NCBI GenBank assembly: GCA_965112155.1
Contig: OZ218099.1
Length of the DNA: 64,000 bases
Strand: one strand, 5' to 3'
From: Podarcis liolepis
Taxonomy: Eukaryota
The translations under genes and the position numbers were made by a program. Below the pieces are notes generated by a model. The model was not told the DNA's origin. It saw only the letters and a program-made list of their open reading frames with translations, and made no database searches. Positions 1 through 11,763 of this stretch are shown here, piece by piece; positions within the stretch are counted from its first letter, which is position 1; every line of letters begins with the position of its first letter.

Positions 1-151
1 AAGATAAGCCACAATGCTAGGCTAAGGGCAGCTGGGAGCAAATCTGTGCAGTTGTGTTTCTAAGAAGTGATGGCCTCATTGGCTTGATTCTCTGCTTAAT
101 TCAATGGTCTTGAGGGGCTGCTGAATTATAATTTCACTCCTTACTAGAAAC

Positions 152-286
152 CAGGCATCCTCAACCTCAGCCCTCCAGATGCTTTTGCCCTACAACATCA
201 TGATCCATTGCTAGCAGGACTAGTGGTCAGGGATGATGGGAATTGTAGTCTCAAAACATCTGGAGGGCTGAGGTTGAGGAAGCCTG
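152..286. mobile_element. Palindromic non-autonomous hAT (Charlie-like) MITE
   Basis: TIRs CAGGCATCCTCAACCTCAGCCCTCCAGATG / CATCTGGAGGGCTGAGGTTGAGGAAGCCTG; 8-bp TSD ctagaaac/ctagagac. Confidence 0.85.
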
Positions 287-555
287 CTAGAGACTGTCAT
301 TCAATAACTGATCTGATGACGGTGCCAGTTCCATTAATGAAGATAAAAAGGGAGAGGGAGATGTTATACAGTCAACCATTTTTCTTAATAATCAAGTTTA
401 TATCTCAGTTTTTCACCTCTTGATTAGGGTAGATGGAGTGGAATCAAAATGTTAATTTAAATGTCATTTTTCTAGCTTTCACTGCTGGGAAAGAAAATGT
501 ACAGGCTGTTTCAATTAAATGTTTAAAAATGTGAAAATGGTTTGGGTATTAGGGA

Positions 556-615
556 CCAAAACAACAGAGTTTTGTGGCCCCTTGAAGACTAACAGATTAA
601 TTGTGGCACAAGCTT
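556..615. repeat. Short reptile repeat fragment (probably Penelope-like derived); related pieces at ~1160-1215 and ~6790-6845
   Basis: Shared motif tgtggc(c/a)cc/ac..aagactaacagattaattgtggcacaa in three places; family assignment from memory. Confidence 0.4.
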
Positions 616-749
616 GGGATGGAGAAGCTGTGGCCCAAGATGTTCTTGGACTCCAGCTCCCATCATCTTCACTTGGCATGGCCAGTGGTCTGGAATGATG
701 GGCGTTGTAGTTCAGCAACATCTGGAGGGCCACAAGTTCCCAATCCCTG
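616..749. mobile_element. Degenerate copy of the same hAT MITE family
   Basis: agatgttcttggactccagctcccatcatc ... gatgggcgttgtagttcagcaacatctggagggccac...ccctg fold-back. Confidence 0.7.
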
Positions 750-1751
750 GGACAACCCTTTTCTAGCCTAGAATCCACTTTGTCAGGTACATGAAGCATA
801 GTCCTCAGTTGGCAGGCTATCTTTTTGCATTTCACTGCCACTGAACTCCAACCTTTACCTGTTTTCCCCTTGTACAACTGCATGCATCTGAAGATGTGGA
901 CCTCCTTGTTCAATGGAAATTTTACTTGTTTCTTTTCCTAGTTTTTGGTGGCACTGGTTAGCCTGTTTTTGAGCCTTGAGTCTGTTTTTGTTTTATAGTT
1001 CTGATTTTGTGGTTTTACTATTGATAATGAGGTTGTTGATATTTTACTGCTATCTTAATTGTGTCTTGTAATTAAACTTTATTTTTTAATGCAATCCCGC
1101 TTTGCCATCACTTGTGATAAAAAGTGATATACAAGTACATTAAAGAAAGGAATCTTTTTTTAGGTGCCACAAGATGTCTGTCCTCTTGTTTGTTTGCTGC
1201 CACAGACTCTAATGGCTCCTCCTCTGAGTTATGGGTCTTCATGCAGGATCTATACCCATTTCTGTTTTAGCGCCTTTACACTTATTCCCTTGATATCAAG
1301 TGTTTCAAAGCAACCTGAAGCAAAACTGTGAACCCAAAATGAAGTATGCACACCAATCAACAACATAAATCTGCTCAGATTGCACAGTTTAAGCCTCTTG
1401 CTGAGAATTGTGGGTTTTTGGCTGCACAGTTTTATAATTTTTCAGGCACCTTTATTGCTGTTGAGAGGAAGGCAAGACCAGGATAATGAGACTAAAGGTT
1501 AGTTTGCAAATGGATGATTCTGTAATGGATGAGACTTTCGTTTATTACTCTTTCAAGTGGAACGTGAATGGTGTTTGCTAGTGCGGATGAGCAAACTATG
1601 GGCATACTGCTCATCATCCACTGTGCAACTAGCTGCTCTTGGTTGTTATTTAATGTGATAAACATAATTTAAAAAACAATAGAGAACTCATTGTGCTTCA
1701 TTGGGTGAAATAACTGGCTTCTCTTTCCTCCTTGTTTTACTTCCCATCCAG

Positions 1752-1851
1752 CCTATTTTGCCATGCAGGTGATCTATGTTCGGCGGAAGTGCAAAGTCTC
1801 TCCTCCTGTGACTTCAGGTCCACCAGAATTTGAAAGGATCTTCAGAGCTCA
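1752..1851 (+). CDS. LTC4S: LTC4S coding exon 2 (100 nt)
   Basis: ccatccAG|CC TAT TTT...AGA GCT CA|GTAAGT; (A)[32 protein letters not shown](Q). Confidence 0.95.
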
Positions 1852-3599
1852 GTAAGTTAACCTGCTTCCTCCTTCCCTTCCTTTCCCTTCCATGCCATCC
1901 CTCTCTATAATTTAATTTTATCCCAGCTTCCCACCCCTGGAGATGTGAATCTAGATTACTCCAAGTAGACATATCTCCCAATGGCATACTTCCAGTCTCG
2001 TGGTGACATTGGTTACCATACAGTCATCTACTTAGTTCCTAAACCATACTTAGAACCAATTTCTATTGGCAACAGCAGCTGCAATTCTGCATACACATTT
2101 TATGTGATCAGGGTGTTAACCAACCACATATTTCCTCCGCCCCCATTTCAGTCTCTCCAACGGGCTGCATAGACTGGCAATGCATCATCTCCAAAGGTTG
2201 CGTTCGTAAAATTCTTAGAAGAGAGTTGCAGCAACAGGAGATGCTGTGGTCTTGTTTGGGGGTTTCCCACAGGCATGTGGTTGGCCAATGTGAGAATAGG
2301 CAAAGACATTTTGATGAAACCTTTGACCAGTTTAAGAGACACTGACATGCTGGTTGGTACAGATGAGGTGCAACCGCATACACTTTGCTCTTCAGACTCT
2401 TCATATACTACTGTGTATTATACTCACTGGCTTCATGTCTGTGTGATGTGACTACAAGATCACTGAGTTTGAACACCAAACCTTCCATACATTGCAACAT
2501 TTGTGGAACAAATAGTCTTGAATTTTCTGCAGTTCAGTGAATGTTTGGCATTGAAGTGATTTCATGGCCCTTGTGATTTTGTCCCTTGGGTAGCATTTTG
2601 GCCAGCATGCAGCTGAATTCTGATGGCAGGGAAGAGCAAGCTGTGACTGGGAGGCACTGCTTAGCTTAGCAAAGAATTCCTACCCACTCATCTTCACAGC
2701 TCACTTGACCACCTACTCTGGTTTCTAACTGACACTTTCAAAGGAGATGCTAAAAATTGCTTTTAGAATTCCGCAAAGACATCGTGACAGTCTGTATTCA
2801 ATGTATGAAGAAAGGGATTGTTATTATTTTGCATTTTCTCTCTCTCTTCTCCTCACTCCCACCCCATAGCTTTTTATTTGGGAGATGCTCCAACTGCAGG
2901 AGTAGAGCTTCTAAATTTGGCAGAAATGTGAACACCTTGTCGTGGGTTCCAGTTAACACATTCATTTTAAAGCTTGCCATAGACTAACAGTGATGGTCAT
3001 ATACCCTTGTGTCCACATGGGAAGTCACAAAATATATGTTGGGTGGGGGGAAACAGGTAAGTTCTATCAAATAAGCTGATGCTGTTTTTACACTGAAATT
3101 ATAACTGCTTAAGAGCAATCTGTACTTCCCACTGACAGCCCCATATCTTCAAAGTTCAAGGTAGGAGGGAACAATTTGCTTTGAACAATGGACAGGGAGA
3201 AATGGAAGGCTTCGCCTTTCCCTTATTGGATGTTTCCCTTTCCCTCCAAACCCTCCCTCCGGGTTCCAGACCCATTTTTGTGAAGTAAACATGTACCTGG
3301 AACACAGTTGTGGGCAAAACCTGCTACCCGCAATTTTCAGAGGAAAAGCAAAGTAGCTTTCACCTCTCCAATGCAAATTTTCTCTCCAGTGGGAGTTTTA
3401 TGAGAGCAAAGAGGACCATGGGCCTTTATTGTACACAGCTGCAGTATAATATGTAATTTGCCTCTCAGCTGAATGTAGCCGCCTGCAGACTTTACCATTC
3501 TAAAAATAAGCATCAGTCCACCCGCATCTGTTCATAAACAGACACACATGTGTGTCATTTAAAATTAAATGGGTTCTACTGTGTCCAGCTGTATCCTAT

Positions 3600-4190
3600 T
3601 CAGACTTTAAATGATTGATGTGTGTACTGGTAATCACCAGATTGCACTACTGTAACATAACTTTACATCGGCCTGTCTTTCTGAAGACTGAATTGAAACT
3701 TCAGTCAGTTCCAAGTGTGCTAGTATGTCTCTCTGATGGATACAGTGCAGAGGAAGCAGATACTACCTGGGCCAAGATAAGTTCATTGGCACAATATCTT
3801 TTTTATGCGCAATTTCAAACCTGAAATGACCTAAACTCTAGAATACATTGGGGAAACAAGTGCCCATTCCCACATGCCAACCTTATCCAAGATCTGGCTG
3901 ACTGAAATAAGGGGCAGGGCCTGCAGGGCCTTGTGAGTGGTCGCACCTATACTCTGAAATTTCTGCTCTGTAATGTACCTTAAGAGCACTATTTGGAGAT
4001 GGTTGCTAATCAGATTTTGTTTTATTGTCCTGCTGTTTTGAATGGTTTCTAATGGATTTTAATAGCTATTTCATTTTATTATATGTTCTATTTTACATAT
4101 TTTTTGTTGGGACTGTCTCATATTTCTGCAGTGACTTGTCCCATGGGGTCCGTTGAGCCACAGTGTGAGATTTAAAACGATTAAATAAAC
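3600..4190 (+). mobile_element. Old LINE2-like 3' fragment
   Basis: Degenerate RT C-terminal motif (LVITRLHYCN...LKLQSV), then a T-rich 3'UTR ending in ttaaataaa. Confidence 0.55.
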
Positions 4191-5636
4191 CTTGTGTTGT
4201 TCTCCCACCTCAGTCCCCTTATTCTTTATTCAGCTCTCCAATGGCAAATATGTCCACCTCTGTTAAAACTGCAGTTCCGTGATACCACTGCTTAGCTCTC
4301 TTCCCTCTTGGCTTCCTGTCTGCTCTTACATCCAGCGTGACCTCTTCATCCTTTCTCTTGAAAACCTTCAAGCAGTCCTTGCCCCCGCCTCTTTTCTTTC
4401 ATCCCATCACGCTAACCTTTCAGAGTTCCTTGAGAGTGGCAAGCATACAGGCAGAAGTGATCCAGTCAACACAGCATACATAAGACTTTCAAAAAGACTC
4501 CCCCATTCAGCTTAGCAGTCACAGAACAATAAGCAAGTTCCTCTTTTGGATCAGTAACTGGTTACAGAACAGAGAGCAGAGAGAGTATGCATCAGTACAC
4601 ACTTCTGGGAATGGAGGAAGTAGCCCCCCCCCCAGGCATTGGGGTCTATGCTTTCTCTTGGCTGCTCTGAAGTTCTCCGTTCACAACCTCCACTCTTCTT
4701 ACCTCTGAAGCTCTTGTCTCAAATGACTCTACCCTTTCCCCCTTGCTGCCCTGTGTGTGCTTCAAACTGCCTCTTAGAACACTTGTAGGGTCCCAGCTGT
4801 TCCTTCAAATTTCACCTCTCCTTTTCCATGAATGCTTTGGCACAACCTCCTTTGACCAAACTGCATCTAAGCCTAAGTATGTGCATCACTGTATAGAGTT
4901 GCCTATGTGTCCCTTGTTATCTGTCTCCTTTGCTACCCCCACCCAGTTCCTCCCTTGTCTCCCGTTTGTTGAATTTTTGAATGCGAGCCCACTGATGTTT
5001 TTTTTCTTAATCATAACACAAGGTGCACTGATGGCAGTATAATAAGCATAGTGAATTACATAGCACAAAATTTTCCCTGTATTTTCAGTATCTCTCAGCA
5101 ATAGAAGCAACTTCTTTGTTCCTTTTTAACGAAAATCTTAGATTCTCTGCATTCAACATGAGTTCCTTGCTGCCGTTCCTCACCCGCCAAGTACCAGAGT
5201 AGTATGGCCACAATCAGATAGTACCTTGCATTTGCCTCATGAAATGTCAAGGAAGCATTAAGATATTCCAAATGAATTGGTACCAACTTTCACCTTCTTG
5301 CTAGAGGTCAGGGGAGAAAGGTTCTATTCCAGCCTTCTCTCTGACATCCTCATCTCAGGGAAGAGTTTTCTTTGCAGGGACATTCAGTCATGTAAAATGT
5401 CTTAAAGTGGTATAGCCCAGACACGGGTCCATTCTCTGCAGTGTGAACTAGACCATAGTGTTGTGGGTGGAGATAAGGATAGTGTGCCCAGTGTGGGGTG
5501 CTTCATGATAAATCCAGTCATTAAAAAAGCTGCTTAGGTGGGATATTATCCAGGGTCTAAGCCTCTGTGATCGTTGTGTGTCATCTCCTCATCCCCAAAC
5601 TACAGATTAATTAATTTTCTTCTTTGTTTTGTTTAG

Positions 5637-5707
5637 AGCAAATTGCACCGAATACTTCCCAATATTTCTTTCACTCTTGTGGGTGGCTGGAGTCTTTTCC
5701 CATCAAG
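5637..5707 (+). CDS. LTC4S: LTC4S coding exon 3 (71 nt)
   Basis: ttgtttAG|A GCA AAT TGC...CAT CAA G|GTAAAA; [23 protein letters not shown]. Confidence 0.95.
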
Positions 5708-7158
5708 GTAAAAAAGCAAACCTTAATTCATAAAACTCTTAATGTGAAAAGCATAAAACATTTTTGTCAGCTAAGCTGCTGCCGCTGCACTACTTACGCA
5801 GCTGCAAAATGATATTTGTTGCTACATAAAGGGTGGCACTCAGCTGCCGTGTCATGTCAATGCAAGAGTTCTGCTTGTGCAATGGGACTTCCCCCCACCC
5901 CTCTTCCCTGTCTGGTGTGGGAGTAGGAGAGAGGGAGAACTTTTTCTGGGCAAGTAGAAAACATCGTGCTGCTGGAACTGTTGGATTTCACCCTATGCTA
6001 CCATTATTGCATATTTTGAGCAAAGGGTTCAAGTCTTCTGCTCTTTAAATGAGGTAGCTTCATGCTTCAGGTTTGAAGTGGGCAACTTATTTTGCTTCTG
6101 AAGATCACATGTGATGGGTGGCCACTCAGGGGCCTCATTCCACTGGGCTGATGTTGGCCGTTGCCTGCACATAGATGTTTTATGTCTCTTATGTGCAGAC
6201 ACATGCACTCTCTCACTCATTCACACATGCACACTCTGTCGCTTGCACACATTCATGGTTAACATGATTGCTGCAAGTGTCTTTCACTGCAAAGTGTGAC
6301 TAATATAACCTGTAAGTCGTGACCCAATCAGAGATACAGGCACACAGGGGGTTTAAGATGTCAGTATCCTGTCTATACTTGACTTGCTTGCTGCAGTGGT
6401 GAACCTACAGCAGTTGTTTCTGCCACATGTAATGTGTGAAGCCACTCTAACATGTTTTTACCCTCAGTTTTGCTTGCAAGTTTGTGAAAGGGTGAAAACA
6501 AATGCTCATTTGAGCCACTTCTTGAAAATGTTTTGTGTAGCATGTGACATAATGGCCCAATCCACATAGCAAGTCCTTTACTCCCCAAATTCCCTTTGGT
6601 TGTGGTAGCATGGTAATTCCAGAGCCTAGGGGGGAAATCTTTAAAGTTCCAGGAAAGTCGCTGCTGTCAGGGGGAGGGCTAAGTAAAATCCTTCTCCTCT
6701 GACCTCTAGCTGGGAGGTGCTATGACCTTCCAAGTTGGTGTTGATTGATTTGGAAGATCTCAAAGGCTTATTTTAATGCTTTAGTCACAGCAAAAACAAG
6801 AATCCTGAGGCAACTTAAACACTGACAAATTTAATGTGGCACAATAGCACAGGATGCCTTCAAGTAGTGATGGTGTGGTAAATAGTTGCTTTCACTATTA
6901 AGGCAAGGCTAATGCAGGGGCTGTTGTGACCTCAGACTAAAGGCCTCCTGCTTTGCTTTGGTTCACTTCTCCAAATAACTGATGGATGTGGACTTCTGCA
7001 GAACTTTGTGTGCTTGGATGTATCTTGTGAGTTGCTGTAGCATAGTGCTTAAGAGCAGGAACTGTAAGTGTAAGCTGTTGATGGGTTTTTTGTTTGAAAA
7101 TAGGGTCAATCTTCCCGAGTCTCTCCATAATAACTACTTTGATTGTCTCCTCCTATAG

Positions 7159-7240
7159 TTTTGGCTGCATGCTGTGGGGTTCTTTATCTGATTGCTCGCT
7201 ACCAGTACTTTAGTGGATATGCACGATGTGCTCAAGGAAG
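7159..7240 (+). CDS. LTC4S: LTC4S coding exon 4 (82 nt)
   Basis: tcctatAG|TT TTG GCT...CAA GGA AG|GTGAGT; (V)LAACCGVLYLIARYQYFSGYARCAQG(R). Confidence 0.95.
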
Positions 7241-8216
7241 GTGAGTTGTTCTAAGCACAATGCTCTGTGTTTTTCAGTGTGCCAGTCAGCTTCTCTCTCA
7301 AATAGGCAAGTGCCTGTCTGCCGCCTCTGGATATTAGCTGGCATCTGCAGTCTTGATGGCTTCAGGCTACTGATGGGGGGCAGGCATACAAAGTCGAGGG
7401 CTCTTTCATACCAAACACATTCCTTACTTATAGAAAACTTAAGTATCGGGGAGCATTACCGTTTTCCTGGCATCTAGATTTCTATGTGTAGGCATGTGTT
7501 ATATTTTCTTGATGCAGAGGTGCATTTAAACCTGTGAGCTCCAACTGCAGCCTGAAATGATACACCCCACAAAGACTGACCACTTTACTGAGAGCAATAC
7601 CTTGCTCCAGCAACCACAGGTGGCTCACATTCTTGATCTCCTTTTTACAAAACCTCTTTGGAAAACCCCACAATCCTGCTGTTCCTCAGGTGTATCATTG
7701 CATGTGGCCTAGTACTGGCAGTCCTGCTTAAGGATGTCCCATGTCAGGAGATAATTGCCCTGCAATCATTATAGAGGGGTGGGGCTTGGACTTGACTGAT
7801 GACTTTCTTAGGAAAGAGAACAGGATGGGGGTCACTGGACAAGGAGCTTCATAAGTCCTGTAAGTAACTGTATGGTTACATCCCATACAGGGCCTGTTCC
7901 AACAGGTTCCCAGTTCCAACAGGATCCTGTGTTATATGGAAATCTTCCTATTTGTTGAAATTCTGTTTGGTGTTGTCATCAGAAATGTCCAAATAAAAAT
8001 TAGAATAAGATTTAAAACCAGATTTAACAAATGGTACACATGAGGTTGTGAGAACTAAAACTTTTCTATACTTTCAAACTAATTGCAGTTGTCTCAAAGT
8101 CTATTTATCATATTACTATGGAAATCATCACCCAAGAGAAGCTTTTAATAAGTTTCCCAACTGACCACCCGATCCTAATAGTAACTAGCATCTTGTGTTC
8201 TTGTTCCTCCCCACAG

Positions 8217-8328
8217 ACTCGCCCCCTTGTACCTCAGTGCTGGAGTTCTTTGCATTCTTATTGGCTTGTCTGTGACAGGGCTCCTTGTCTATTTTGTGCC
8301 ACTCCCACGTTTTCTATTCCCGAAGTGA
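8217..8328 (+). CDS. LTC4S: LTC4S last coding exon 5 (to TGA)
   Basis: ccccacAG|A CTC GCC CCC TTG TAC...CCG AAG TGA; LAPLYLSAGVLCILIGLSVTGLLVYFVPLPRFLFPK*. Confidence 0.93.
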
Positions 8329-8424
8329 GCTTCTGAGTCAGCGTCTACTGCTCTTCTGCTGGTAAATTATCCTGCTTATGACACCATAGGTTTCAACTTT
8401 CCAACATTCATTTCATTTCTTTAA

Positions 8425-8524
8425 ATTAAAATGATTGTACATCTTTCTTCCGTTTTTAAAAAAGCAATTTTGTGATGGTACATTTTCTTAGCTGTGTTGT
8501 GGTTACAACAGCTTTTACATTAAA
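8425..8524 (+). terminator. Candidate LTC4S poly(A) signals (ATTAAA 8425-8430 and 8519-8524)
   Basis: First hexamer variants after the LTC4S stop, followed by T/GT-rich sequence; the first canonical AATAAA I found is at 9402-9407. Confidence 0.4.
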
Positions 8525-9336
8525 AGTGACATTGGGTCAACTTCAACTGGTAGGAGAGAGTGAGCAAGAGATTTAGAGTAACAATTATTTGTATGTGCCA
8601 GCAAGTTTTGGGAGTCATCAGTGAGCTCTGAGATGGCCAGCCCAGTTTGCTTCTCAGAAACTTTGCTCCAACATGATGGTTTCTAAACAGTATCTGTCAT
8701 AACCAAGCTGTCAACTCATAGTGAATTCCTGTCTGAAGCAAGAACTTACTATCTCTGGTAAGGGTGAGGGCTAACCTGTGGTCTTTTGGATGTTGTTGAA
8801 TTTCAGTTTGTTTTGGAGCTTTTCTCCCCCCCCCTTAAGGTTTTCTATCAACCTTTTCCTTTGCTTGAACCTTTGCTTACATGTGGCTGCCTTATACAAT
8901 ACATTTAACTCAGTAATGTCTTCTGTGTGGCTGCAACTCTCCAATATCGCAGGACCTTCCTCCATGCAAAATGGCTGTACTTTGTGCTCCAGTTGGAAAC
9001 CACAATGCTGCTTTTATTTATGCCTCAGTGGTGAGCTTCAGTGCCTGTGGGAAGGCAGCCTTTGATTTGGTCACAACTATTTTGCACCCTTTTGCTTGCA
9101 TTTGTGCACAGCGCTATCCATCAAAGGGAACCTACTACCATTGTGAGTTCACTAATGGATCGCATGGAGAATACCTGTGATAAAGGAGGAGAACATGCAA
9201 GTTTGACGACGTTAAGGGCCAGTGTGTTAAATAGGTTACTGTGTAGAGGAAGTATCCGTAGGTTTTGGTTTAAATAGAAATCCTCCCCATTGCAAAATCT
9301 GTCTTAGCTGTGTCTGTACAGAAAGCATGTCATACT

Positions 9337-9342
9337 TTTAAT
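9337..9342 (-). terminator. Candidate MGAT4B poly(A) signal (ATTAAA); 3'UTR approx. 9320-10469
   Basis: TTTAAT on + at the distal end of an AU-rich block; alternatives at 9449-9454 (ATTAAA), 9619-9624 and 9013-9018 (AATAAA). Site choice is inference. Confidence 0.5.
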
Positions 9343-10469
9343 AGCCCTATAAAATCACGCTTTGCCTTTCTGACTTTCCTAATTAATGAAAGAGCCAGTA
9401 AAATAAAACATGCCACTTTAAGTTGAATTAAAATTTTACAGTGCACATTTTAATATATATATTTTATATAGATATACTTAAAAATCAAATGTATCCAATA
9501 ATAAAAAATACAGCACATTAAAGTAGTATAACGCATTCCAGTGTATAGCTAGAGACATTGGGGGGTTTTTTGTTTTAAATTACTCTAATCCCTACCATTT
9601 GAGGACTGGCCTACATGGTTTATTTTTCTCCAAAATTCACACCAACCAGTAAATAACAGATATGGATTTAAAAGGATGGACTTTAGCACTCATTCTCAAG
9701 GCATGAAGACACTGGAGACTTCGACAGGAACTCTTATTGTATGAAGGGCACATGTACAACCCTGGCAGGCACAGTGTGGTTTTTCATTTCCCTGCCATTC
9801 TGTTCCCTCCATACATCCCTTCCCTCCCACCCCAGACCAGTTACCCCTCATATTTAATCCTCAGCTTTAGTCTGCAGCAACTGCTTTTACTTACACACAT
9901 GGGGCCGGAGGTGCAGTCTGCTTTGCTCCCAAGATGGGTCAGTGCTTCGCTTGACAGTTGAGCTGCCCTCGCAGTTAGCCTTCATAGTCCTTAAACCCGT
10001 ATTTCTAAATGCACCCTTTAGTGATACATTCAGGAATCAACACCCAAGGGGCCAGGGGTAGGGGTGGGGAGGAAGAGGCATGGGAATAGTGTGTGGTCCT
10101 TGCTCAAAGGAAGGGGGGAGAACAAATCTTTTACACGGAAAGTTAGTCTCCAAGGTCCTCTTTTTGTAGCTGCAGAAGCAGCTGGATCCAAGATAGGCCA
10201 GCACTAGTGCTTCATTTTTTAAATACAGTCCAGCACCTGTGCATGAAAAATGCTTCTCTTCTCCCGGTAAATGTGATCCAGAAACCCTTAAGGCCCTGCC
10301 AAGTTTCACCACCAACATTTTCTTCCTGTTCTGGGAGCAGCAGGTGCCCTTCAGCAGGCACCTTTGACTAGGCTGCTCCTATTCTGCTGTGTCTGCAGTT
10401 TCATAGACAAGAGGAAGAAGAGGGGAAGAGCTGACAGCCATGTTGTGCATTATCCCTGTGTCTTGAAGT

Positions 10470-10493
10470 TCAATCAGCTTTCTTCAGGAATAT
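10470..10493 (-). CDS. MGAT4B: MGAT4B last coding exon 15 (IFLKKAD*)
   Basis: gctaatcccatgtacttccAG|ATA TTC CTG AAG AAA GCT GAT TGA; branch-like GCTAAT upstream. Confidence 0.94.
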   Translation of the reverse strand: MFLKKAD

Positions 10494-10739
10494 CTGGAAG
10501 TACATGGGATTAGCAAAACAACAGAAAAAGGTCAGAGCTTGGCAAATCTGTTTTTCTCCTCTAGAATATTGCCCTATTAATTAATGCCAAGTGCAAGCGA
10601 AAAGAGTTTTGTCTTTTCTGGACAACCGTACCTGAAGCAAATCACAGCATGAAATCTCTGTCGGAAATGGGGAGGGATTTCACAGTTGAGACATAAAATG
10701 ACAGCTGCAGGCAGATGCAACTGCTGTCTAGAGAATCTG

Positions 10740-11093
10740 GGTAAAGGTAAAGGGACTCCTGACCATTAGGTCCAGTCCTGACCGACTCTGGGGTTCCGGC
10801 GCTCATCTCGCTTTACTGGTTGAGGGAGCCGGCGTACAGCTTGCGGATCATGTGGCCAGCATGACTAAGCCGCTTCTGGCGAACCAGAGCAGCGCACGGA
10901 AACGCCGTTTACCTTCCCACTAGAGCGGTACCTATTTATCTACTTGCACTTTGAGGTGCTTTTGAACTGCTAGGTGGGCAGGAGCAGGGATTGAGCAACG
11001 GAAGCTCACCCTGTCATGGGGATTCAAACCGCCGACCTTCTGATCAGCAAGTCCTAGGCTCTGTGGTTTAACCCACAGCACCACCTGCGTCCC
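10740..11093 (-). mobile_element. Sauria SINE (Squam1), full length, in MGAT4B intron 14
   Basis: Minus strand starts GGGACGCAGGTGGTGCTGTGGGTTAAACC, has B-box-like GGTTTGAATCCC and an (ACCTTT)n tail; 11-bp TSD tagagaatctg (10729-10739) / tagaggatctg (11094-11104). Confidence 0.92.
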
Positions 11094-11650
11094 TAGAGGA
11101 TCTGACTACCAAGCTTCTATTTCACCAACTCAGTTTGCATCACCGCACAAGCCCCATGCAACAACCAAATAAGCAAACTACTCCTGTTCACCTGAGCACC
11201 AAAGTGTGTTTTATCTTCTAAGCAACATACATTCTCCTTTCTGGCTTTGGGAGGTAGGTCTCTTGAGTTGTGGGGGGTGGGGGACAGCTCCTGTGAAGGT
11301 GGTTGTCAGGAAGCTAAGCCTGTCTCTGTGGAGGACTGTGGTCAATTACTGTGGTTACTTACCGAATGCATGCCTGGGGAAAGACCCAGAGAATCCCCGG
11401 CAGGTTGCATTGCCAACTGGCATCTGTGCTCAGCCCCTGGCAGTTACAAGCCACAATTTTAAAATTCCCCACTGTGCCCCAGATAGAATTGTCTGGGGCA
11501 TTGCAGGCAATGGCCCTAAACAGACACTGTATCTTTCAAGAACTTTCTTCCCCTGTCCTGCCTAGACACATCAGTTGGCGGAAAGGTTAAGTGGGAGCTG
11601 CTGTAATCACCACCCTTATAAAGGGTGTTTTTCCCGGGAAAACAGATTAC

Positions 11651-11763
11651 CTCGCTCAAGATGATCCATACGGGAGAGTCAGTCTGGATGGTTAGCCGTA
11701 TTGCTTCCAGAGGCCCAAAGGAAGGGTCCACTTCTCCTTCAGCAATGCCCTTTGAAAAAGAGC
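11651..11763 (-). CDS. MGAT4B: MGAT4B coding exon 14
   Basis: tgtgcAG|GC TCT TTT...AGC GAG|GTAATC; SFSKGIAEGEVDPSFGPLEAIRLTIQTDSPVWIILSE. Confidence 0.96.

Larger units (their letters stand above)
1752..8328 (+). other. LTC4S: LTC4S gene span (leukotriene C4 synthase, MAPEG family), coding exons 2-5; exon 1 upstream of window
   Basis: Four GT-AG exons of 100/71/82/112 nt splice in frame to [126 protein letters not shown] motif FERxxRAQxNxxE present; NCxEYFP and RLAPLY are LTC4S-type rather than MGST2/FLAP; tail-to-tail with MGAT4B as in mammals. Confidence 0.95.

Noticed and set aside
1-1751. LTC4S exon 1
   Set aside because: No ATG-initiated segment resembling the hydrophobic N-terminus (about LLAxVTxLGVLxQ) followed by a phase-1 donor was found; presumed upstream of the window.
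1752-8328. Assignment as MGST2 or FLAP (ALOX5AP)
   Set aside because: EYFP and RLAPLY motifs, retained catalytic arginines and adjacency to MGAT4B fit LTC4S.
11516-11650. Open frame continuing from exon 14 into intron 14 (44 extra aa) as an alternative C-terminus
   Set aside because: A good donor (GAG|GTAATC) and the canonical last exon IFLKKAD* are present; a read-through of this length is expected by chance.
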